NCBI GenBank assembly: GCA_963707505.1
Contig: CAVPQB010000002.1
Coordinates: 64,001-128,000 of the forward strand
Source of the DNA: an uncultured Gemmatimonadales bacterium
GTDB lineage: Bacteria; Gemmatimonadota; Gemmatimonadetes; Gemmatimonadales; Gemmatimonadaceae
Length of the DNA stretch: 64,000 bases
Reading direction: 5' to 3'
Translations under genes and position numbers: made by a program
Notes under the pieces: model-generated
What the model was told of the DNA's origin: nothing
The model's database searches: none
The model's input: the letters and a program-made list of their open reading frames with translations, nothing else
Shown here: piece after piece, positions 19,277 to 28,930 of the stretch
How positions within the stretch are numbered: position 1 is the stretch's first letter
Layout of the letters: each line of letters opens with the position of its first letter

Positions 19277-22065
19277 AGGCTCACCGTAGAACGCATACGG
19301 CTCCCAGAGACCTCCGTGTCGCAGGCCGCCACACCCACTTCGCTCCAACCTCGTGAGTGCACGCCGGTGTCGAACAATTCGTCAAGCATCAAGTAACGCG
19401 GCGTCGAAGGATACGTGAGCCTGTGGAGAAATAAGCCAATCCCCGCTGAACCCATCCCGTAGTCGCAGCTCACGCGAAGTAGTTCACTACCAGGAAATGC
19501 ATACCCCCCAAGGCGGTCCATTCGATGCTTTAGGATGAACTCGGCGAGATGGTAGGCATTCGTGCGATAGCGCTCGTCACCGAATACCGAATACATATCA
19601 AGTAGTAGTTCGCCGTATCCCGATGCTCCGTAGTCGTGCCAGAGTTTGTTGGTGTGGCGATTGGCGACGGTATGAGCACATTGTTCCAGGAAGGCGCGAA
19701 TGTCCTGGTCACCTGTCGCTCGGACGTATCTAAGGGCCGCCGTCCCTATTCCAGCTGTGCCGTGCCGGATATGCGGCGACTTCGGACCGCTGACGCGTGC
19801 ATTAACATTAGCAAACCAGATCAGTCGCGTATCAACTTCCTGCCGCTGGCCAATCTCGAAGTTCAGCGCTCGTCGCGCGAGGGCCATCCAGGCTTCCTCA
19901 CGTGTGGCGAGGCTGAGATAAGTCAGGAACAAGGCTATCCCACTCGCCCCGTGACCGTAACCAATCGGTGTTCCGCCGTCCTCGGGCCAGGAGGCAGCCG
20001 CGCCTTCGTACTTGGCAGATCTCGCGAGCGCGTTCCCGATAGTAATCGCAGTATCTAATCCACGCTCGTCGCCTGCCTTCAGCCAGTAGTGAAGGTTAGC
20101 AAGTCCCCATCCAGCTTGACCGTAATACAATCCCGTGACATCCGTTGACGTAGGGGATAGTGGGGTCCCGTGCGCGGCCTCAAATACGGTGCGAGCATCA
20201 TCATGCAGGCCCAAATCAAGAAGTGTAACTGCCAAACCGCCGAGACCCACGTGCAATCCACGAGGGGCAAGTCGTCGGCGCCAATTGCGACGAATCCACG
20301 TAATCGCATCATGGGGCACTTCACCTGATTCCCTCCACAGAAAGTATGCGGTACCGGCTGCACCGTATTGCACACTAATGGCGTTTGTGGAAAAAATATC
20401 TCCAGACGCGGGCCAGAGCCGGTCCGTCCGTTCCGGTGTGGCAGCGGCACGAATGTGCCGACTTAAGCCACGCAAAGTCTCCACCACGCCGTCCTGCAAC
20501 GCCTGGGATGGAGCTTCTCTTTCTGGCACAACGGGCCGTGGCTCATGGTCTTCCACACGTGCCGTCGACCGCAAAAGAGCCGTGTCCACCGAGTCAAGGA
20601 GCGCCATTGCCTCCCGCAGGTTCCACCGGGACGAAGGATCCTCATCTAGAAGCCCTTCTACCACACGAAGGAGGACATCAGGCAATTCGAAGTCCTTCAG
20701 CGTGAGCATTAGCGAATCGAGGACTCCACGTTTGTTCAACGGAAGGCCTGACGCTGAAAAAGCAATCATGTCAACAATTAAGGCACCGAGAGCATAATAG
20801 TCGTCTTGTGGGGATGGTGTCTTGCTACGAAGTTGTGCTTCTGACGCATAGCCGGTCGTCCAACCCGAAATCACCTTATCGTTCCGGTCTGTTTCGAAAG
20901 AAAGTTCCAAGTCGATGAATCGCACGTGTTCCGTATCAAGTGTGAACATGACGTTCGACTTGGTTAAGTCGCGGAGAATTACGTTGTGAGCGTGAACGAT
21001 CTCCAAGCCCTCCGCGATTTTCTTTATTGTTGCCCGTAATTTGTCGAACATGGCGGCAGGAGTTGTTTGCGCATTGCTGCCGTGTGTAAAGTTGATCGCG
21101 TACCCCCACAGCGACTCCGCATCCAATCGCTCTTGCACCAAGAACCAGTGCTCCCACTCCTGAAACAACTCGATGAAGCGTGGTGTGAAGCCTGTGGGTC
21201 CAAGCTTCGTCAGAATGCGTGCTTCTTTGCGAAGAATGGCGAGCGGATTGTACCCGGAGGCGCGCGTCCCGAGTCTCGGGCGAGTCTCACGAATTATTAC
21301 GTTCTTGCCGCTGTGCGTGTCAACGGCTCCATAGATGCCGCCGATACTTGAAAACCGCTCGGCACTTGTGACACGATAGCGATTGTTGAGAAGTACTCCA
21401 TCTTCACCCGGCTTAGTAATCGGCGGATCGTTCGAGACTGTGTCCGTCACCCAGGGAGGAAGTGCAAAGTACGCCTGCCGATCGTCACTCACACATTCTC
21501 CCGATGGTCCTACAAGTAACGGAGTGCGTGTGCCCGATGGTCCCACGAAAGGGCGCGGCGAATGTTCTCCATACCTGTAGAACACAACCTTACTATCGCG
21601 AAACGGCCGATCAGATAGGATGTAGGGTCCTTCCATGCCCGCGGTGAGAGTGCTGCAGGCCTCCAGCAGACTGAAAAACTGATCGTCGTCGCTTGGATAA
21701 ATCGTAATAAACTTTCCCGCACCAGTGCGTGGCCAGTTCTTGTTAAGGCTTAAATCCAACATGGCCGGATCAGAGCAGAACTTGAACGGAACGCTGCGTC
21801 TATTCAACTCCGGCACAATTTGCGCTAGAGTCGATATCGCCGTTGAGCTGACGGCCGAAATGTGGATTTTCCAACCCTGTTCAAGAAACTTGTGCCCTGC
21901 TGGGGTGCACTGGGTCCAGAAACCGACACAGTGTATTTCCCAAGATTCGTCGATGCGCTCACGAACAACATCGCCATACTCGCTCTTCGGCTTGTACTGG
22001 CTGATAGCTTCGAAATATTCCGAATCAAGCAACGTATAAAAGTAAGCTGGATTATCGCTAACCAC
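19273..22065 (-). CDS. lanKC: Class III lanthipeptide synthetase (lyase-kinase-cyclase)
   Basis: Lyase QGWKIHIS, GKFITIYP, GPYILSDRP, FYRYG. Kinase RDLTKSNV, FIDLE, TTGYA. LanC-like domain with GYGHG but no WC-G or CHG Zn ligands; RVSCDYGMGSAG. Confidence 0.93.
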   Translation of the reverse strand: MVSDNPAYFYTLLDSEYFEAISQYKPKSEYGDVVRERIDESWEIHCVGFWTQCTPAGHKFLEQGWKIHISAVSSTAISTLAQIVPELNRRSVPFKFCSDPAMLDLSLNKNWPRTGAGKFITIYPSDDDQFFSLLEACSTLTAGMEGPYILSDRPFRDSKVVFYRYGEHSPRPFVGPSGTRTPLLVGPSGECVSDDRQAYFALPPWVTDTVSNDPPITKPGEDGVLLNNRYRVTSAERFSSIGGIYGAVDTHSGKNVIIRETRPRLGTRASGYNPLAILRKEARILTKLGPTGFTPRFIELFQEWEHWFLVQERLDAESLWGYAINFTHGSNAQTTPAAMFDKLRATIKKIAEGLEIVHAHNVILRDLTKSNVMFTLDTEHVRFIDLELSFETDRNDKVISGWTTGYASEAQLRSKTPSPQDDYYALGALIVDMIAFSASGLPLNKRGVLDSLMLTLKDFELPDVLLRVVEGLLDEDPSSRWNLREAMALLDSVDTALLRSTARVEDHEPRPVVPEREAPSQALQDGVVETLRGLSRHIRAAATPERTDRLWPASGDIFSTNAISVQYGAAGTAYFLWRESGEVPHDAITWIRRNWRRRLAPRGLHVGLGGLAVTLLDLGLHDDARTVFEAAHGTPLSPTSTDVTGLYYGQAGWGLANLHYWLKAGDERGLDTAITIGNALARSAKYEGAAASWPEDGGTPIGYGHGASGIALFLTYLSLATREEAWMALARRALNFEIGQRQEVDTRLIWFANVNARVSGPKSPHIRHGTAGIGTAALRYVRATGDQDIRAFLEQCAHTVANRHTNKLWHDYGASGYGELLLDMYSVFGDERYRTNAYHLAEFILKHRMDRLGGYAFPGSELLRVSCDYGMGSAGIGLFLHRLTYPSTPRYLMLDELFDTGVHSRGWSEVGVAACDTEVSGSRMRSTVSL

Positions 22066-22272
22066 GTGAATCTCGGCGTGAAGGTAAAGTCCTGCCTCGT
22101 GAGCACTTCGGTGCTGTGGATCGGCGAGTCATTGCGAGGTCTCGCCGGCAATACACTATCGCGTTTCCCTAAGGCAAACCCGGGGGTGAGCTACCGGAAC
22201 GCCTGTTAATCGCTGCGCTGCTTACGTACCGCGGGCGACATACGGCGTCCCAATAGCGCCCCAGAATCGAGG

Positions 22273-22401
22273 TCAGAACGAGGTCGTAGTGGAACTAAGA
22301 TTCGACGAGCAACTCTGGTCAGATACACAACTCACCCCGGAGCCAAGGCACGGATCTAGGGGCGACGAATCCAGAGTCTGAAGTGAAAGGACGATCGACA
22401 T
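22273..22401 (-). CDS. Lanthipeptide precursor A4: MSIVLSLQTLDSSPLDP-CLGSGVSCVSDQSCSSNLSSTTTSF
   Basis: Translated by hand. AGGA RBS; VLxLQ class III leader motif; conserved core pattern. Confidence 0.92.
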   Translation of the reverse strand: MSIVLSLQTLDSSPLDPCLGSGVSCVSDQSCSSNLSSTTTSF

Positions 22402-22500
22402 GGTTGGAATTCCTGAAAGATGGTAAGAGATGATGGGGTTGATTGGTTATCGGAGTGACAACCAATCAACATTCCACCGCGTGCAACGAATGGTGATTTC

Positions 22501-22635
22501 TTAGTCGATCGTTGTATCTGCCGAACTAAGATGAGAGTCACAGCTGGCGTTAGAAGAGCAGCTGACGCTTGACAGGATGCAGGGATCCATACCTGGCTTT
22601 GCAGCGATCTGCTGTAGTGCTAGCACGTTATACAT
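22501..22635 (-). CDS. Lanthipeptide precursor A3: MYNVLALQQIAAKPGMDP-CILSSVSCSSNASCDSHLSSADTTID
   Basis: C-terminal 44 aa of track ORF 22501..22800. GAGAGG RBS before the ATG at 22635. Confidence 0.92.
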   Translation of the reverse strand: MYNVLALQQIAAKPGMDPCILSSVSCSSNASCDSHLSSADTTID

Positions 22636-22721
22636 AGGAGCCTCTCTTTGTTGGATTATGAAGAATTGCCTTAACAGAGAACACCGCCGCCGCCGGTTTT
22701 TCCGACAGCGAATGGATTGAT

Positions 22722-22850
22722 CTATACCGTTGTGTCTGTCGTGCTGTTTTGGGAAATGCAGCTGTTGTGCGACTCGCAGCTGACATTCGACATCAAACAT
22801 GGATCAAGCGCCGAAATAGTTAGCTGTTGGAGCCTAAGTACGTGTATCAT
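22722..22850 (-). CDS. Lanthipeptide precursor A2: MIHVLRLQQLTISALDP-CLMSNVSCESHNSCISQNSTTDTTV
   Basis: Translated by hand. AGGA RBS; same leader and core pattern. Confidence 0.92.
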   Translation of the reverse strand: MIHVLRLQQLTISALDPCLMSNVSCESHNSCISQNSTTDTTV

Positions 22851-22905
22851 TGGTTCTGTTCCTAGTTAATTGTGAGTATTGCAGGCGATGCGTACCAACC
22901 GCGAC

Positions 22906-23037
22906 TTAGGCGATTGTGGTATCCATACCACTTATCATTGAGACGCAGCTCAACTCCGAGCTACAGCTAACCGCTGAGAAATTGCATGGATCGAGGGACG
23001 ATTGATGCAACTGCTGAAGAGCCAGAACACTGTACAC
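22906..23037 (-). CDS. Lanthipeptide precursor A1 (GTG start): MYSVLALQQLHQSSLDP-CNFSAVSCSSELSCVSMISGMDTTIA
   Basis: Translated by hand. GGAGG RBS; same leader and core pattern. Confidence 0.92.
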   Translation of the reverse strand: MYSVLALQQLHQSSLDPCNFSAVSCSSELSCVSMISGMDTTIA

Positions 23038-23354
23038 GTAACCTCCGTAGCTGATGGTGTGTGACCGCGCGGTATGACATGACGTGTCGTCATGTGTGCT
23101 CGGTCGGTTGAACGAATCTCACGCGATCTTGAAGTTCGCGTGATGCCAAAATCGGTCTAAGAGCTGCGTGTTCCGGCCAATCACAACAGACGCGTGGTTC
23201 GTTTCGGCGTCGTCATTCCTTTGTCGATCGGGTTGATTTTGATTGCATCTGGCCCGATGGCGTTCGTTCGTGCATACTTATAGATGCTGATGCGCTCCGC
23301 TCTGATCAGAGTGCGAATCGCAGCTCTATCCTCAGACGCTTGGCTTGGCCGACC

Positions 23355-24734
23355 ATGAACCAACCGGAGCCCGACCCGAACATCGGAAGCGGAAAGCGCG
23401 TGCTCGTCGCAGACGATCAAGTGCATGTCGTACACGCAATTCGGCTGATGCTGAAAACAGCGGGATATTCGGTCGATACGGCAACAAGTGTTGCGGAAGC
23501 ACAAACTGCTCTCGACCTAAAACACTACGATCTACTGTTATTGGACTTGAACTACACTGCAGATACAACGTCCGGGCGCGAAGGTCTTGATCTTCTGCCG
23601 TCGATTCACAGAAGACATCCGACCCTTCCAGTTGTAGTCATGACAGCTTGGGGTTCCGTCCCAAGCGCAGTCGAAGCCGTTCGCGCCGGGGCGGTGAATT
23701 ATGTGGAAAAGCCGTGGGACAACAGAAAGCTGCTAACGATCGTCGCGCTGCATACTGGACGGTCGATCAGTCACGCTGAGGCGGGCGCGCAGAGCGAAAC
23801 TGGTACTACGGCGTCTTTATTACCAGACATGATGTATCGGTCCGCGGCGATGGAGCGGATATTGGCGCTTGCCGCCCGCATCGCGCCGTCCGACGCCAAC
23901 GTTCTGATTACAGGCGAGCATGGTACCGGTAAAGAATTGCTTGCAAGGTGGATACACGTCAACTCTCCTCGGCGAAACGAATCCTTTATTGCTGTCAATA
24001 TGGGTGGCCTTCCAGAAGGCGTGGTCGAAAGTGAATTGTTCGGCCACGTGCGAGGTGCATATACTGACGCGAAATCGGATCGGACGGGGCGGTTTGAACT
24101 TGCGAACAAGGGCTCGCTCTTTCTAGATGAAATTGCCAATACCCCTCTATCGCTTCAGGCAAAGCTCCTGAGAGTACTGCAAACCGGTGACGTCGAAAAA
24201 GTGGGCGCGTCGACTCCCAGTCACGTGGACATCCGTGTGATCGCTGCCACGAACGTGAATCCGCGGCTTGAGGTCGTAGCAGGCCGCTTTCGGGAAGACT
24301 TGCTGTTCCGACTCAACACGATCGCGATTCATTTGCCGCCGCTTAGAGAGCGGCTGGAGGATCTGGAATTACTCGCAACCCATTTCTTGTTGCGTCACGC
24401 CGGACGGTACGGACGGACATTCTCCGGCTTCAGTGAGTCGGCACTTACTGCACTCCGGCAATATCCCTGGCCGGGGAATGTCCGAGAACTAGATCATGTA
24501 GTCGAGAGGTCTGTTCTTCTAGCGGACGGGACTCAAGTGGATGTGACTGATCTCATTCCCGACGCAACGGATCCACAGGTGGCTCTCGAGAATGGGACGC
24601 TCGATGACGTTGAGCGGATTATGATTCGCCGCGCCCTCGAGCGCGCGGGTGGAAACGTGGCTCAGGCCGCTAAGGCGCTAGGCGTCAGTAGAAGCGCGCT
24701 GTACCGGCGAATGTCAAACGAGCCTAATAAATGA
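23355..24734 (+). CDS. Sigma54-dependent response regulator (NtrC/AtoC family)
   Basis: REC domain (DLNY, MTAWG), GEHGTGKE, ESELFGH-GAYTDA (GAFTGA variant), FLDEI, WPGNVREL, Fis-type HTH. Confidence 0.92.
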   Translation: MNQPEPDPNIGSGKRVLVADDQVHVVHAIRLMLKTAGYSVDTATSVAEAQTALDLKHYDLLLLDLNYTADTTSGREGLDLLPSIHRRHPTLPVVVMTAWGSVPSAVEAVRAGAVNYVEKPWDNRKLLTIVALHTGRSISHAEAGAQSETGTTASLLPDMMYRSAAMERILALAARIAPSDANVLITGEHGTGKELLARWIHVNSPRRNESFIAVNMGGLPEGVVESELFGHVRGAYTDAKSDRTGRFELANKGSLFLDEIANTPLSLQAKLLRVLQTGDVEKVGASTPSHVDIRVIAATNVNPRLEVVAGRFREDLLFRLNTIAIHLPPLRERLEDLELLATHFLLRHAGRYGRTFSGFSESALTALRQYPWPGNVRELDHVVERSVLLADGTQVDVTDLIPDATDPQVALENGTLDDVERIMIRRALERAGGNVAQAAKALGVSRSALYRRMSNEPNK

Positions 24735-26104
24735 GGAAAGACAAGCGCATACCAAGTATCCCTTGGTCCGACCGTCGATTCGGACTCTTGGTCATCGCGA
24801 GCACTGCTCCTCTCGCGGTTCTTGCGTTCGGAGCGGTCGCGTATCTTGTTGATGAGCGCTTATTAATTCGCCAACACACACTATTCGCTGTGGGGACAGC
24901 CTTAGTCGTGGTGGTTGCATTATGGTTGTGGTCTATAGCACACCTTTGGCGTATCGTCATCTGGCCATTGCGAACGTTATCCAATGGAATTGCCGCGATC
25001 CGCCAGCATGACTATGCAATACGGCTTAAGCGAAACAACCCGAGTGATGCACTTGGCCTGGCGTTCGTTGAGCTCAACCTGTTAGCAGAAACACTGATGG
25101 ATGAGCGCACCCATGCGGTGGAGGCGCAGGCACTCGTGGCGACTGTATTAGAAGAAATTGACGTGGCGGTATTTGCATTCGATAGTGGTACACACATGCG
25201 ATTCGTGAATCGCCGCGCCGAATTGCTTCTCGGTCGAACGACCGGGGAGCTCACACTTTGTGCTGCGAGTGAGCTCGGATTGGGTTTTTGTCTTGAGGGC
25301 CCGCCGGATCGCACAATGACGATCCCTCTAGACGGAGGCTCCAGCCGGTGGAGAGTCCGACGCAGCAGCTTTCGCCAAGACGGTTTACCGCATCAACTGG
25401 TAACGCTTAGTGATGTCGGGTCAACACTTCGTGCAGAAGAGCAATCGGCCTGGCAGCGCCTGGTCCGCGTCCTCGGGCACGAAATCAACAACTCGCTTGG
25501 ACCAATCCGTTCTATTGCCGATACGCTTGCGTCCTTACTTGCTCGCACATCTCGACCGTTGGACTGGGAAGAAGATGCAACCGCCGGTCTAGAAGTCATA
25601 CGGGATCGGGCTACAGGCCTTAGTCGATTCCTTGAGTCATACTCTCTCCTCGCGCGCCTTCCTCGACCTTTACCCACAGTGGTTCGTATTGGTGACGTCA
25701 TCTCCCATGTGGTACGGCTAGAACAACGCGTAGCGATTGAGGTTCGCGGTGATCCTGAACTGCGGGTTCGCGTGGACAGTGATCAGCTTCAGCATTTGCT
25801 GATTAACCTAGTCCGGAATGCATGTGATGCCCTCGCAGCCGCACCAGGTCACATCCAAGTAGGTTGGCAACGCCACAACACCGATCTTGATTTGACAGTA
25901 ACGGATTCGGGGTCAGGCGTTGCCAATATGGCGAACCTCTTTGTCCCGTTCTTCACTACGAAAGGCACTGGATCTGGCATAGGACTAGCTTTGAGTCGAC
26001 AGATTGCAGAGAATCACGGAGGGACACTCACCCTCGCCAACCGAGCAGATTCACCAGGAGCCATAGCGCGACTGCTCATCCCAAACGCCGTCGTCAATGT
26101 GTAG
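24731..26104 (+). CDS. Sensor histidine kinase (NtrY-like, HAMP/PAS)
   Basis: Two TM segments; LGHEINNSL, INLVRNA, PFFTTK, GIGL. Confidence 0.9.
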   Translation: MRKDKRIPSIPWSDRRFGLLVIASTAPLAVLAFGAVAYLVDERLLIRQHTLFAVGTALVVVVALWLWSIAHLWRIVIWPLRTLSNGIAAIRQHDYAIRLKRNNPSDALGLAFVELNLLAETLMDERTHAVEAQALVATVLEEIDVAVFAFDSGTHMRFVNRRAELLLGRTTGELTLCAASELGLGFCLEGPPDRTMTIPLDGGSSRWRVRRSSFRQDGLPHQLVTLSDVGSTLRAEEQSAWQRLVRVLGHEINNSLGPIRSIADTLASLLARTSRPLDWEEDATAGLEVIRDRATGLSRFLESYSLLARLPRPLPTVVRIGDVISHVVRLEQRVAIEVRGDPELRVRVDSDQLQHLLINLVRNACDALAAAPGHIQVGWQRHNTDLDLTVTDSGSGVANMANLFVPFFTTKGTGSGIGLALSRQIAENHGGTLTLANRADSPGAIARLLIPNAVVNV

Positions 26105-26538
26105 AAGCGTTCGTCCTGTGACGGAACCACGTGTGTCATGAAAGACCAAACACTTTGATGTAACTGCGCGCTGCATTTAAGCGCGCGAAGTCCCGCGACT
26201 TCATTCAGACGTAAGTTGTCCGGCGCGGTTGCGCTTAGCTGACGGGAAAGATTAGACGGGGAGGTGCTATGCCGTCGCCGCTGCTTGAGACGGCATGTGC
26301 CCGCGTAGCTGGGGACACACATGCGAATGGATCCGCTATCAAGTTGAAGTCACCCTCACGAGAACAACACTTATATCCCGATTTTGTTCGATTATGGGAT
26401 TCGCAGTCCCGAATCCGAACAAATTGCCTGTCTTCGTAACGGGACCCGTGGATTCCTTGTTCCGTTAAGATTAGGCGTAGCATAGACTTACCGAACAACG
26501 CCTCAGCGCTAGGCGAAGCGGCACAAGGTTTCCATTGA

Positions 26539-27930
26539 TTGGTCCACGTGAAACCTAATCTTACATCGTCGCGCGATTTCTTAGATGTCGCTCAAATGGA
26601 GTCAGAGGATCACCGCGGCAACGCGAGTTCGACCTCGACTGGCGACCCTTTCGCAAGCCACCACCCGCACGCCATTGGCGTAATGGATGTCCCGCGGACT
26701 CGCACCGGGACCGCAACGCGCCGCGCTTGGACAATTGGGGGAGGGGCCGCTGTTGTCATGTTGATTATTGCAGGTCTTACCACACGCCACTCTGGCACCG
26801 CATCGGTTGAGCGGTCAGCCATTTGGATCGATACCGTGCGACGTGGAGATATGGTACGCGAGGTGCGCGCGCCCGGCGTCCTTGCACCGGAGCGCTTGCA
26901 TATAATCGCAGCGGCGAGCCCCGGTCGGGTCGATATGATTTTCGTTCGCCCTGGAACCGCCGTTGTTGATTCGACTACGCTCGCCATTCTTAGTAATCCG
27001 GACGTGCAGCTCGAAGCAGTGAGTGCAAACGAACAAGTGTCTAACGCGGAGGCCGCGCTTGTTGCTTTAGAGACAAGCCTTGAAAGCCAGCGCCTAGCAC
27101 AGGTGGGCGTCGTAGCGAGTGCGCGCAGCAGCTCCACTAGCGCGGTCCGTACTGCCGCAGCCACAACAGAGCTGGGTCGACGAGGCTTTGCCGCGTCGCT
27201 CGATGTAAGCAAAGCAACGGACCAAGCTGCCGAAATGGAGACACGACTGAAGGCAGAAGAATCTCGCTTGAGGCTAATTGAGACGTCTACTCATAGTCAG
27301 CTTCAACTTCAACGTGACCAGATTCAACGCCTCAAAGACGTCGCCAAATACCAAACGGATCGCCTAGCGGCAATGCGGATTACCTCAGGGAGTAGTGGGG
27401 TAGTGCAAGAAATTCCGCTTTCGCTAGGGCAATGGGTCACGCCCGGGACCTTACTTGCGAAAGTGGTTGACCCTACCCGCCTGAAGGCCGTGCTTAGAGT
27501 GCCAGCGACCGAGGCTGATGAGATAACAATTGGCAAACGCGTCGTTGTCGACACGCACACTGGCAAGATACGTGGTCAAGTAAGCCGACTCGACCCCGGA
27601 GTAAGTGAAGGTACGGTGGGTATAGATATCACTTTCGACGATACGCTTCCAAGGGGGGCACGCGTTGATATGAGCATCGACGGATCAGTTGTAATCGATC
27701 GTATTGTAAACGCCCTTTACATGAATCGCCCAGCGGGCACGAGTGGAAATAGCTCCGCCACTGTCTTTGTTCTTTCACCAGATGGGAAGAGTGCTATCCC
27801 ACGCGTCGTTCAACTAGGACGACTGTCAGCAACAACCATTGAAGTTCTAAAAGGCCTTAATCCCGGGGACAAGGTAATTGTATCGGACATGAGCGCGTTC
27901 GCCCGCGCACAGGAAGTAGCGGTACACTGA
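26539..27930 (+). CDS. Efflux periplasmic adaptor (HlyD/MacA-like); true start uncertain
   Basis: TM anchor; IWIDTVRRGDMVREVRAPG; coiled coil; GLNPGDKVIVSD. Confidence 0.88.
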   Translation: MVHVKPNLTSSRDFLDVAQMESEDHRGNASSTSTGDPFASHHPHAIGVMDVPRTRTGTATRRAWTIGGGAAVVMLIIAGLTTRHSGTASVERSAIWIDTVRRGDMVREVRAPGVLAPERLHIIAAASPGRVDMIFVRPGTAVVDSTTLAILSNPDVQLEAVSANEQVSNAEAALVALETSLESQRLAQVGVVASARSSSTSAVRTAAATTELGRRGFAASLDVSKATDQAAEMETRLKAEESRLRLIETSTHSQLQLQRDQIQRLKDVAKYQTDRLAAMRITSGSSGVVQEIPLSLGQWVTPGTLLAKVVDPTRLKAVLRVPATEADEITIGKRVVVDTHTGKIRGQVSRLDPGVSEGTVGIDITFDDTLPRGARVDMSIDGSVVIDRIVNALYMNRPAGTSGNSSATVFVLSPDGKSAIPRVVQLGRLSATTIEVLKGLNPGDKVIVSDMSAFARAQEVAVH

Positions 27931-28043
27931 GACGCATGACTACGTCGATTTCAGACGACTAATGATTGGACGATAACTGATATGCGCATAAAAGATGTCA
28001 ATGATCATCTTCACGCTAATCGCGCCGCAGTATTCTATGGCGT

Positions 28044-28796
28044 ATGGAGCATTCTATGCTAGTCAACGAAGTAACGCCGATCACACCGCAACTCGCCGAT
28101 ACTGTGTTAGTAAAGTTAACAAATGTAGGTAAGGTATTTTCCACTGATGAAATCGAGACTCATGCACTTTCACGAGTGCAGCTAACTATCGAACGTGGAG
28201 AGTACGTTGCCATAGCTGGTCCATCTGGGTGTGGCAAGTCTACTCTGCTCTCGATTCTCGGCCTGTTGGAACGACCATCATCGGGGGACTATTACTTGGA
28301 TGGGAACGACATTCGAAGTCTCGATCGTGCCCAACGTGCACACATCCGTAACCGCTACCTCGGGTTCGTCTTTCAGGCGTTTAACCTGATTGGCGATATG
28401 ACAGTGTACGAGAACGTTGAACTTCCGTTGACGTATCGTGAGAAGACGGAGAGTCGACGCCGTGAAGCGGTTGAAGAAGCCCTGGAGCGAGTCGGAATGT
28501 CGCACCGACAGAAGCACTACCCAGCTCAGCTGTCTGGCGGACAGCAGCAGCGTGTCGCGGTTGCGCGAGCCGTCACCGGCAAGCCGGCGCTACTTCTAGC
28601 GGACGAGCCAACCGGCAACTTGGATTCGACTAATAGCGAGTCCGTAATGAGTCTTCTCAGTCAATTTCACTCTCAAGGTACAACCGTGTGCATAGTAACG
28701 CACGATCCCCGGTTCGCTGCACATGCAACTCGAACTATTCGACTATTTGACGGCAATATCGTCGATGAGAAACTTGCGCACTCGGGACCCATCTGA
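28044..28796 (+). CDS. MacB/LolD-type ABC ATP-binding protein
   Basis: GPSGCGKST, QLSGGQQQRVAVARA, LADEPTGNLD. Confidence 0.93.
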   Translation: MEHSMLVNEVTPITPQLADTVLVKLTNVGKVFSTDEIETHALSRVQLTIERGEYVAIAGPSGCGKSTLLSILGLLERPSSGDYYLDGNDIRSLDRAQRAHIRNRYLGFVFQAFNLIGDMTVYENVELPLTYREKTESRRREAVEEALERVGMSHRQKHYPAQLSGGQQQRVAVARAVTGKPALLLADEPTGNLDSTNSESVMSLLSQFHSQGTTVCIVTHDPRFAAHATRTIRLFDGNIVDEKLAHSGPI

Positions 28797-28930
28797 TTCA
28801 CGAATATTCGCCGACTCAAGTCACGGGACGCAACGGATATCTGGCTAGGTCACCGAAGGTCTTATCGCGTGGCGCAATATACGACTTCGCTCCCCGACTT
28901 ATAGCAGCAACAAACCATTGGAGGTTGTGA

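Noticed and set aside
19273..22065. Class IV (LanL) assignment
   Set aside because: The cyclase lacks the Cys/Cys/His Zn ligands, and the leaders are class III type.
22501..22800. 99-aa track ORF as a single protein
   Set aside because: Only the last 44 aa, from the RBS-preceded ATG at 22635, match the precursor family. The rest overlaps precursor A2 in another frame.
22273..23037. CRISPR-like or DNA repeat array
   Set aside because: The periodicity is at the protein level (four paralogous peptides). There are no identical nucleotide repeats and no cas genes.
23135..23150. Sigma54 promoter for the precursor operon (TTGGCAT on the minus strand)
   Set aside because: No GC at the -12 position.
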